64,000 nt of DNA from NCBI GenBank assembly GCA_020891255.1, contig BQFW01000015.1:1860001-1924000 (forward strand), written 5' to 3'. Position numbers and translations under genes: made by a program. The DNA is from Entomortierella parvispora E1425 (Eukaryota; Fungi; Mortierellomycota). A model generated the notes under the pieces. It was not told where the DNA came from. It saw nothing but the letters and a program-made list of their open reading frames with translations, and ran no database searches. Shown here in pieces: positions 12,150 through 22,395 of the stretch; position 1 is the first letter of the stretch; each line of letters starts with the position of its first letter.

Positions 12150-13584
12150 TTAAGCCATAGTGGTATTGCCTTGGTGAATAGGGTCCTTCTTCAGGACAAT
12201 GTTTGCCGAAATGGGCCAGTGATCCGAATAGTCGTTGTAGACTTGGCCCCAAATGGTGAACGCAGGAGAATGAACTTTCAACGCAGTTTGAACCACAGAC
12301 TGAACCACTGGCGATGGACTCTTGTTCTCGACCACAAAGATGAAGTCGATATAATTGTGCTCCTTGGGATCTGAAAAATGCGCGATCGAGTTGTCGATTC
12401 CAGTCCAGGTTGACGCATCGCCCTCATAGTCATCTGGTGCATGTAGGGAAACCTGATCCATAGCGACACTACTAGGGTCAGAACTACCGCTGTTACTAGG
12501 ATCGCCTTCGCTTGCCCCACTTCTTCCTCCTTTGTTGAGCCTCTCTTGCGACGACACGGAATGAGGAGAAGTCAACGTCGAATTGAACTCGGCCGTGTTC
12601 CTGTCAATGTTGAAATCACCTGCAAAGATGACCAGCTCCTCTCGGGGGATATTGCGGTCGCTCAAAAAACTTCTCCACGACTCCATGGCTTGAGCACGAC
12701 AGGCCGCGGCTTGACCAGGATAACAATGAGAGTCGTCGCTTTGCATGTGCGTTCCAAAAACATGGAGGTTGGCGCCATTATAGTCCAGAACCACGTATAT
12801 AAACCCTTTGTTGGAGAACCTACCAAAGTAGAAAAAAGGATGAATGACAAGATCTTTGCTATGACGAGAACTAAGAGAATAGTTTGTGCGTCTATGTGTG
12901 TGTATTTGGCTCCAAAGGACATCCTCACCAGTCGCTGCCGCACCCAGTTTTGTAAATAAACTGGTGCTTCTCCTTGATGGGCCATTTGCTCATGATAACC
13001 ACGCCTCCATTGACTGGACTCAGCGAAGAATAGCTGCCTGAAGTAGAGTTCCAATCCTTGCGTGATTGACCAAGTGTAGGCGTTTGGTATGGGTCTGAAA
13101 GACGAAGAGTTAGAGTCACTTGTGAGCCATTGAGCAAGATAGAGAACAATCGGGGCGGGTACAAAAGACGTTACACTGTGTCTTAAGGCCATCTCGTAGA
13201 ATATTACAAGGCCAAACAGAAAAACACTCTTGGATCACCACAACATCATGGCCCTTGATATAGTCAGACTTGGCAATTAGACTTGCCCGCATTCCTGATA
13301 AAAAAAAATAAAAAAAAAATGAGAACGCGACTTTGCACGGACCTCCAACAACTGTCGCGATACATACTCTGGCCCCAATTTAGAAGCGCCTCTGGCAAGA
13401 AAAACACATTGTTGCTCAGGACTTTCAGAGAGTTGCTTGGTGAGGTGTCTGCTGTTGATATCGATGTGGTGTTTTCTGCCAGAAATTTGTCGTTGCTGGC
13501 ACTGTTCGTGGGTATTGATAACACTGTCGCCGCAAGGAGAAGAGCACCAACAAGATTGATGGTAAAGTAGCGTAGGATGATCAT
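12150..13584 (-). CDS. Secreted sphingomyelinase C (EEP superfamily, bacterial beta-hemolysin/SMase C type), 3 introns
   Basis: Signal peptide MIILRYFTINLVGALLLAATVLS. Spliced motifs: NNVFFLP..NWGQ, DYIKGHDVVVIQECF, YPYQTPTLG, GGVVIMSKWPI, GCGSDWFSNKGFIYV, HVFGTHMQSDD, GDFNI, IDFIFV, YNDYSDHWPI. Confidence 0.88.
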
Positions 13585-13806
13585 CGTAAAGGTACGTTGG
13601 ATCTAGGCTGTAGTGTGGAATTCAGGAGTGGACAGAAGAGAGTGAGAACATGGCAAAAATGGGGTTGAAAAAGAGGTATCAATAGATATACGACATCCGG
13701 ATAAATATTCTAATTGTCTTCAAAGTTGGGGCCATTGCACATTGCTGATGTTGCATAGGACTTTTAAGGAATATGTACGAATCTACACTATATTACAAAA
13801 CTGGCT

Positions 13807-15522
13807 CTACATGGTGCCGATACCCTGGATGTCACATCTTGAAGAGTGGACAAAAGGGTTAGAGCAGCCTCGCGGCCATCGATATGCCTTTCCAAAGATC
13901 TTCTCCAGTTCCGGTGTAAAATTTTCAAATAGAGTGAAGTCTTTTTGCTGGGCTTGATCCAGTCCTTCTCCAGTCCAAAGGAGTTTGGGATGGTCCATGT
14001 GGTATATGAAATGATCCCGAAGGACCAAAAACTTGAACCCGATGGCGTTCATTAATAGAGCGTGGCTCTGCTTGTCGCCACCCTGGTTCTTGAATCGCTC
14101 ATCGTAAAATGGATGATACTTGTCACGATGCACAATGTAGTAAGGCTCCCACTGCGACTCAAAACAGACTTCAAACGCTGGAGAACTTCCAAACAATGGC
14201 GGGTTCATGAAGAGACGGGTTGATGTTGGTCCATGTCCTGCGCGGGGATCCGTGATATGGGCCACTCCAGACTTCATTAGAGGCTGTAGCTCCTTGATAG
14301 TATCTGGGTAACGACCCTTGTAATCCTCCTTGATCGCGACACAAGGGACAATATAGGCGGTTGGATAGGTCGCTTTTTCGAGCAAAGGGATGATTGCCGA
14401 GTGCGCAAAGGCATGGAGCTTGGTAGTGGGCACAAAGTCTGCATCCATAACAAAGATATAATCCGTCTCTGCAGTGACAATGCCGACATTCCGGAGCTGA
14501 TTGATGGGATAACGTGTGTGCGCCCCGCGGGAGTAGTTTGGTTTGATGAGTGTTAGGGTGACTGAGGCGTAGATATTCGCCTTTCCTGCAGTCGAGAAGT
14601 ACTTTTTGAGCGCGACAGCATCCTTATGATCTGGAAGGTATCTAAAGAAGTAGGGAATGAAGAAACGCGTCAGTTTACAGGATTGGTCTGAACCTTTGCA
14701 TAGTTGGCGAGGTATCATGTAGTACGCACATGACGGCGGCAACGGGTCCTGACCAAGCCAGAATAGCCTTCTCAAACCGATCGAGGCGACTGATCGAGAA
14801 TTGGGCAACCATAGTCACATCCCGTTCCTTTGCATGCTTTTTGGGTCCTATCGTGTGGACAATCTCTGGTCGAGTTGTCCAGTCGTCTGCTGCACAAGCC
14901 TCTTCAATCGCATCCACTGCTGACAGGATACTCTCTACGAGGGATCGAGAAGACTTGGTTATCACACAAAGTCAAGGTACACTGATCGACCGCTTTTGCT
15001 ATTACCTTCTACGAGCATGGTGCTGATATTTTGGCAATCAAGTCGCTGACTGCTGCAGGTGTGTTGACCAAAGGGCAGGACTAATTGACCACCATTCTTC
15101 ATTTGAAGGACGGCCTTGACACCGATCGGCACCTCTATCCGCCCTGGCACGAGCCAGGACTCGTCCCTGTTCAGATCTTTTGCATCCCAGATCTGGTGGG
15201 GGCCCCAATAGGAGCAAAGCTTGCCATCGGCGGAGCAGAGCTTGACGTTGATCTTTGCTAGCCGACTCTCTTTGGCGGCAAACTCTGGAGCTCCTCCAAG
15301 GATCCCAGGCTGGACAAAGCTCTGCAGCTTAAGCCATCGCACCTGGGCCGAATTATAGTATTGGCCGATGCGCGACGAAATCCAGAGAGAGAACAAAAAG
15401 CCGATTAGGAGCACCAGCAGATTGCGTCTGGCATGTCGACGGAAGCTTCCTCGGATGAGTCTAAGGTTGCGCCGGAACGAGATGAGGAATCGCCTGTAGC
15501 GGAGCCTGTCCATCGATTGCAT
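13807..15522 (-). CDS. Type II membrane glycosyltransferase family 49 (LARGE/B4GAT1-like)
   Basis: Basic N-terminus plus TM (LLVLLIGFLFSLWIS). DVTMVAQFSISRLDRFE...WSGPVAAV; YPINQLRNVG; DYIFVMDADFVP (DxD); WEPYYI; YDERF..QGGDK. Two introns inferred near 15000 and 14650-14720. Confidence 0.85.
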
Positions 15523-15859
15523 GCCCCAGACAGAATGCAGCCAGAGGAGATGTGGAAAAAAGGTAGGAGGGTGAGAAGAGGAAGAAGGAGAAGAGGAGAA
15601 GGCGGCGAGCGTGGACAACCTCACGAGAGGACAGACGTGAAGGAGAGCTGAAGGGAAAAAAAGGGTTGCACAAAGAACAAGAAAAAGAAGTGTGAAAAAA
15701 AAAGGAGTCACGTGGAACTGTATTGACAGCCCATGCGATCAGAGGAAAGAGGGGTGCAGTCAGTCAGTGGGAGAAAAAAAAAGAGCCAAGACCCCGCAAA
15801 GGGACGAACACGTTTGAAGTCAAGAGTCGACTCTTTTTTTGATGCAGTGGCATGCATCA

Positions 15860-15937
15860 GTCTGTCTGTGTGTCTGTCTGTGTGTCTGTCTGTATGTCTG
15901 CCTGTGTGTCTGTGTGTCTGTCTGCCTGCCTGTCTGC
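15860..15937. repeat. Imperfect (TCTG/TGTG)n microsatellite
   Basis: Run of tctgtctgtgtgtctgtctgtg... between the divergent GT49 and VPS1 starts. Confidence 0.8.
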
Positions 15938-16316
15938 TGTGGATGACCATGATGCACGGATGAGAACAGGGTGATGAAGGGACAAAGGGACGAGGAAAAG
16001 TCCAAAAAGGGCCGACAGGGTGATGATCTTTCTTCCTTCCTTCTTTTTTCCCTTTCCTGTCCTGTCTGTCCTGTCCTGTCTTGTCCTCTCTTATCGCACT
16101 CCACCTCTTTTCTTTTCTTCCCTTCTCTCTTCCTCCGCGCGTCATCTCATCTCTCCCTGCAGAAAAGAAAAAAGAGCTCTCCCTTCTTCTTCCTCTCCAT
16201 CCATCTTCACCCTCTTTCTTTTCCTTTTTCTTTTCATCCCTTACTCCCACTCTCAATCCCCCATCCCCCCCCCCAAACCTACACCCGCTGCTCCACAGGG
16301 ACAGGATACACTCACC

Positions 16317-19300
16317 ATGGACGCCACCCTCATCCGCACCATCAACAAGCTGCAGGATGCATTCTCCACCGTTGGTGTCCACAACCCCGTCGACCTTCCC
16401 CAGATCGTCGTCATCGGCTCCCAGTCCAGTGGCAAGAGTTCCGTGCTCGAAAACATTGTCGGGCGCGACTTCTTGCCCCGTGGCTCTGGTATCGTGACCC
16501 GTCGACCTCTCGTAAGTGCTGATGCACTCCTTTCGACTTTGTGAAGGCGCTTGCTCAATTCTGTCCTCAGAGAGTGAGGCAATCAATTGTTCACAAGACA
16601 CCGTGGCTGATGGATGGACAATGTTTCCCCTTTTTTTTACCTTGTCTGACTGCTCATAGGTCCTTCAACTCATCAACCGCCCCAATGCAAACCTGAATGG
16701 CGATGACGCCGACAAGGACAAGGAGAAAGGCAAGTGAAGGAACGATTGCTCTCGGCACTGCCGAGTTGAGCGACCAGACAGGACTTCTTGGATAATCAAC
16801 ACGGGAAGAAAAAGAGTTGACAGGGAACATATGGCTGGGCTTTTCGGATAGACGCATGTGATGCCCTGCCTCAGCCAAACACCCGCTCAGAAGGGACCCT
16901 TTTCCCGACAACCTTTACTCGCGTCCATGCCTACCGATGATCCTTCTCTAATCATGTCAACGTTACGTACCTGCCCGTAATGCCTGTATAATAGCCGAGA
17001 CCAGGGCCGAAGCTGAAGGCGAAAAGAAAGAGCCCGAGGAGTGGGGCGAGTTCCTCCATCAGCCCGGCGTCAAGTATACCGACTTTAACCTGATCCGCGA
17101 GGAGATTGTTCGCGACACTGAGGCCAAGACTGGAAAGAACGCAGGTAATGACTATGATTCTCTTTGTTATGGATTTGAGGGACAAGTGTAAAACCAAACT
17201 AACTCGTTATCGACCATTTCATGCTCAGGAATCTCGCCTTTGCCCATCAACCTTCGCATCTATTCTCCTCATGTTCTGACCCTCACTTTGGTCGACTTGC
17301 CTGGATTGACCAAGGTATTGGTTGTGCCATGCCCTGTCTAAATCAGATGGCGGATATCTATTTTGTTCAGGGGACTGCAGCTCACCATACGATCTATTGA
17401 ATACTTTCTAGTTGCCTGTTGGAGACCAGCCCAAGGATATTGAGAAGCAAATCAGGGACATGATTGTCAAGTACATCACCAAGCCCAACGCCATCATCTT
17501 GGCCGTCACCGCTGCTAACGTCGATCTCGCCAACTCGGATGGTCTTCGTCTTGCCCGCGATGTCGATCCAGAGGGAGCCAGAACCATCGGTGTCTTGACT
17601 AAGGTCGATTTGATGTAAGTATATCGAGACGATACTCTATGACCCTGCCCCCCATTTGCGATAGATCCTGAAGTTTTCTTCTGTTTTTATGATATAGGGA
17701 CACCGGTACCGATGTTGTAGACATTCTGGCCGGTCGTGTCATCCCCCTTCGCCTCGGCTATGTCCCCGTGGTGAACCGTGGTCAAAGAGATATTGATACC
17801 AAGAAGACTATCTCGCGCTCGTTGGAGGGTGAACGTCAGTTCTTTGAGAACCACACTGCTTACAAAAGCAAGGCGCAGTACTGTGGTACCCCTTACCTCG
17901 CTAGGAAATTGAATATGGTAAGAACAGTGTGCCTTATTACAAACTTCAACCACCAGTTGAAAAAGCAGGTGCCAACCTGACGATTTCTCATTTCAATACA
18001 ATAGATCTTGATGCACCACATTCGCAACACCTTGCCCGAAATTAAGGCCAAGATTCAGGCTGCCCTTGCAAAGTACATTGCGGAGCTTGCTACTCTCGGA
18101 GATGGAATGGCCGAGGGTGCTGGTCAGGCCAGCATTGTTCTTAACATCATCACAGAGTTCTGCACAGAGTTCCGCACCATCATTGACGGTAACTCCACCG
18201 ACCTCTCCTCTTTTGAGCTTTCAGGAGGTGCCCGTATCAGCTTTGTGTTCCATGAACTCTATGCCAACGGCGTCAAGTCTTTGGATCCCTTTGATCAAGT
18301 CAAGGATATCGACATCCGCACTATCCTCTATAACTCCTCGGTAAGTGCCTAGAAAGGATATTATTGCTCCACGATGAACGATTCAACTAATAACAATCTA
18401 CCTATTCTTGCTGTGGCCGTATGACAGGGTTCCTCGCCAGCACTCTTTGTTGGAACAACGGCATTTGAGGTCATTATCAAGCAACAGATCAAGCGCTTGG
18501 AAGACCCCAGTTTGCGTTGCGTCAATATGGTTTTTGATGAACTCGTTCGCATCTTGACCCAGCTCTTGTCAAAGCAGGTACCGATCATTTTCGAAATTTC
18601 CTGAATAGAGACGCTCTCCCTGACCTGTTCACTAATCCAAACTATCTTGAATTTCCTATGGGTACTTGCAGTTGTTCAAGCGATTCCCTCAGTTGAAGGA
18701 TCGCTTCTACCAAGTCGTTATCAACTTTTTCCGCAAGCAACTGAACCCCACAAACAAGCTTGTGCAGGATTTGATTTCAATGGAGTCATGTTACATCAAC
18801 ACTGGCCACCCCGACTTTTTGAACGGTCATAAGGCTATGGCTGTCATTAATGATCGTGTGAACCAGGCCAAGAACCCCCAGCCAGTCGACCCCAAGAACC
18901 GTAACTCTGCCCTTGCCAACCTGCCCCCTAGTCTGGAGCCTGAGCCAACAAACAATGGCTTCTTTGGAAGCTTCTTCTCTGGCAAGAAAAAGCGTCCCGG
19001 TGTCATGGAGCCCGTAAGTTCCTTGACTGATAATGTCTAGCTGCCACATAGCAAGAGAGATTACTAACAAGCCATCTTCAATCGTTTCTGTGGCTCTTAG
19101 CCACCATCAGTGTTGAAGGCTTCAGGAAACTTGTCGGAGCGCGAGCAAATTGAGACTGAGGTTATCAGTAAGTGGGCAGAACACCTTGAGAGACTTTCAA
19201 CATACTGTGCAACAAATGACTGATGTGTACTTCATATTTTGCCAATCGTAGAGCTGTTGATCTCCTCTTATTTCAACATTGTCAAGCGTACCGTTATTGA

Positions 19301-19606
19301 CACAGTTCCTAAGGCCATCATGCTCAACCTTGTCAACAATGCCAAGGAGGAACTTCAGCGCGAGCTGCTTCAGGAGCTTTACAAGACTGAGGTTTTGGAC
19401 GAGCTCCTGAAGGAGAGCGAGTTCACGCAGAACCGCCGCAAGGAGTGCAAGAAGATGATTGAAGCTCTCCAGAGGGCTGACGAGATTGTTGGATCTGGTA
19501 ATTTTTCTTGATGCCGTGATACCATCCTGTGTCTAAAAACCCGTAATGGAGTAACATAGCAAGCTGACATCTACATTCTGTTTTCTTACTATCAGTTGCC
19601 GGTTAA
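16317..19606 (+). CDS. VPS1: Dynamin-like GTPase Vps1 (multi-exon)
   Basis: [65 protein letters not shown]; DLPG; TKVD; [14 protein letters not shown]; [24 protein letters not shown]. The last mini-exon ends with TAA 19604-19606. Confidence 0.95.
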
Positions 19607-20037
19607 AGCCGCTGTCGAATGAATAAGCGAATTATGGAGGCGACCCCAAAGCATTAGCCGCAGCAGACGAAGGGAAGCAAACTAAACTCAAGGAAATCTC
19701 GACGCTAGACTGGTGTGCCGCAAATAAAGAAAGAAAAAAGTGAAATAGTGTATAATCGGAAGGAGACATTTCGAACAAAAGTCATGTCCTCGTGCCTAGA
19801 ATCTCTTGCTGTCGACGTACAAATATCAACAGTGATGGTAAGGTGTAGGAAAGCGTCCTGCCTCATTTTCTCTTTCTAGGACATTGACGAGGAATGAAAG
19901 GCTGTCTCGCCGCTCTGTTGGCTCAATGTGGCGTAAATGCTTGGAGGCGCTTTTCTACAGCCCAATTATTTTTTTTTTCTTCTTTTTTTTTGTGTGGCTC
20001 CGCTTTGCTTTATTTCGTCGCACCATTCTTCGAGGAT

Positions 20038-20595
20038 TTACCTGGAGTTGGGTAATGTATTTGAAAAGGTGGAGGAATCAAAGGAAGGTGGTGGCGAAGG
20101 TGGTAGTTGTATCGAGTGACAGGTTGAGATCACTGACGGGATAGCAATGATCACATGGGACTGGGACGGATCCATATTTGGGGTATACTGCGGTGGTGGG
20201 CCGCGGTGATCATTGCTTTCTTGATCTTTGGTGACGCCAAATGAGTTGTATTTCAAGTCTGACTTGACTGACTCTGGGGTTGCCTCTTTTCCAATTGCGA
20301 GAATATTCTGTTTTTTGGTAGTGTCCAGACGTTGCATCCTCCTTAGACGAAAACATCCAATTCCAAAGCCCAGAAACCCGATTGCACACACAATGATCAA
20401 GATAGTGGCCATGGAACGATCTTGATTAGCGACTGGCCGATCATTCGGATCAGGAGTAAAGTCGGTTGTGTATGTGGGGGGTGCAATAGAGATGTGTGGA
20501 ACTGTTGCGGATGATGACAGCGATGTTAAGGGATGTGTACTGGAAATTGTTGGAGTGACCATGGCTGACGTGCCGGGGTTGGGGACAGTGCTCAT
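20038..20595 (-). CDS. Hypothetical single-pass membrane protein (S/T-rich N-terminus, one TM, PPxY motif)
   Basis: 185-aa intronless ORF with ATG and stop. TM ATILIIVCAIGFLGFGIGCF is followed by basic RLRR; PPPQY lies in the C-terminal tail. Confidence 0.6.
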   Translation of the reverse strand: MSTVPNPGTSAMVTPTISSTHPLTSLSSSATVPHISIAPPTYTTDFTPDPNDRPVANQDRSMATILIIVCAIGFLGFGIGCFRLRRMQRLDTTKKQNILAIGKEATPESVKSDLKYNSFGVTKDQESNDHRGPPPQYTPNMDPSQSHVIIAIPSVISTCHSIQLPPSPPPSFDSSTFSNTLPNSR

Positions 20596-22395
20596 GGTTT
20601 ATAAGTATAGGGCGATATAGAGGATAAACGGGTGAATATGGAGAGAAAGATGAAGAGCTGAAAAGAGGAAGAAAAATAAACCTCGGAACGAGGACGAGAA
20701 AACTTTGAGCGATCTTTTACCCAGCTACAGCCCATTTGGAATTTTCGCTGGGAGAGAAACTTGAATATTACACACCTTGGTGGAAAGAAGGCCCGCTTGT
20801 CGTCCCCTGGGTAATAAGTATCCCTTGGGACTTCTGTGAACGACCTTTTCAAGGAAAGCAACTCGAGTGCGCATCGTTGCTCCTTGTAAACCAGTTTTAT
20901 TGGGCGCAATGCCCCTGATCCCTCGTCTAAAATTGGTGGCAAATTATCACGTGGACATTGCTTTAATTTTCTTCTTTTTTTCGGCGATATCCTGATCCAG
21001 AGGGTCGAGAAGGGTGTTGAACGTGGCCATGAACAAGGTATCGGATACAAGCATTCTGAAAAAACATGAGAAAGCCTTTGGATGGAATCTGCAAGGCCTT
21101 GCGGAGCAATTGCTCCTCGAAGAAAAGTCTGACTTTTGTTTCTATGATTTTTTTTTTAGTACAAGTTCCAGGACTGTGGGAGGTCAGACCCATGGATCGG
21201 GAGAAGTTCTTACGACTGTGCGTACAGGGCACAAGGAAAGGAGGTTACAGAGAGCAAATTGGTTGCTGGGAAATCAATTGTATTGAAAAAGACTGATGGT
21301 GGTCTTTGTTTCTATGGCCATCCATCTGTCTACGCCATCGACACCACAAAAGAGATAATCAGATATGGAACAAACAAAAACGACGGTCTTTTCTATGTTT
21401 GTGCCTGGATCGCACATCTGAAAGCAGTCAGTCCGCGCGGAAGAGAAAGGGGGGGCGAAGGACCTGGATTGGATTGGATTTGGATTGAGCTGAGAAGCTG
21501 AGTGGGGCTGGCCTTCCAGCGGAGGAAAAGGAGAACAGCAGAGAGGCAGGAGCGGTGTTTTCTTGGTTCGAGTCGACATTCGACGCTATGATGCCAATGA
21601 CGGTGGCAAAACAAACAATGAAAGGAGTACCGCCATGGGACCATGGGATTCGTCGCTGCTCGATTTCAAGGGCCACGCCATCTTGCTTTCTTCAAGACGA
21701 CGACAACGACGACAACGACGACGACGACAACGACAGGCAACCAAGACGGACGGCGTTTGGCACTTGTCCTCTCTCTCGTTAGCTATCTTCTTCCTTGGGC
21801 CCTGGGTCGTCTCTTGCCCCCCTTTGCTCGGCCCTTTGCTCCTTTCTCTTGGTCTTGGTTGTTCGGCTGCTCCAGTGCTTTCCCTTTCTCTTCCTCACCT
21901 CTCTTCTCTCTCTCTTCTATTCTTTTCCTCTCCTCTCCCCACTGCCCCTACCCTGGGTGCTGCAACTGCTCTCGACTATCTTCATCGCATTCATCTTGTG
22001 CGCATTCGCTCTTTGGTCACTCGTCTCCCCTTCATCGACAATCGCCGCCATCTTCCTCGGCGCAACTGTTCATCGTCACCCCTCTATTCCGTCCCTTCTT
22101 CGCTCTCTTTTTTTTCGTTCCAGTCCCTTTTCCCTTGTCGTTTGCTCTCGTTCTCCTCCTCTCTTTCTCTCTGCCCTATCTATCCCTTCGCTTAATCCCG
22201 TCGTCACAAGAAAACACAACACCTTGACTTCCCCCCTTCTCCTCCCCCTCCCCACTCACATCATCCATCCCACCCCTTCCTTCCAATTCTCTTCCTCCTT
22301 ACTTTCTTTCGTATCCCGTTGCTCCCATTTGAGAACGAGCGAGTGTCTCTTTGACTGTGCGTGTGTCTGTGTATGAGGAGAACACTACTACAGCC

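Noticed and set aside
12150-15522. Sphingomyelinase and GT49 as a co-oriented functional cluster
   Set aside because: No shared pathway is known; adjacency alone is not evidence.
20736-21500. Short ORFs with splice-like signals upstream of the cyclin
   Set aside because: No recognizable motif or consistent exon chain.
21563-22376. Long overlapping ORFs in CT-rich DNA (similar ones at 15.7-16.6, 28.7-29.9, 39.3-39.8 and 55.0-56.0 kb)
   Set aside because: Stop-poor low-complexity promoter/UTR sequence or antisense shadows of real genes.
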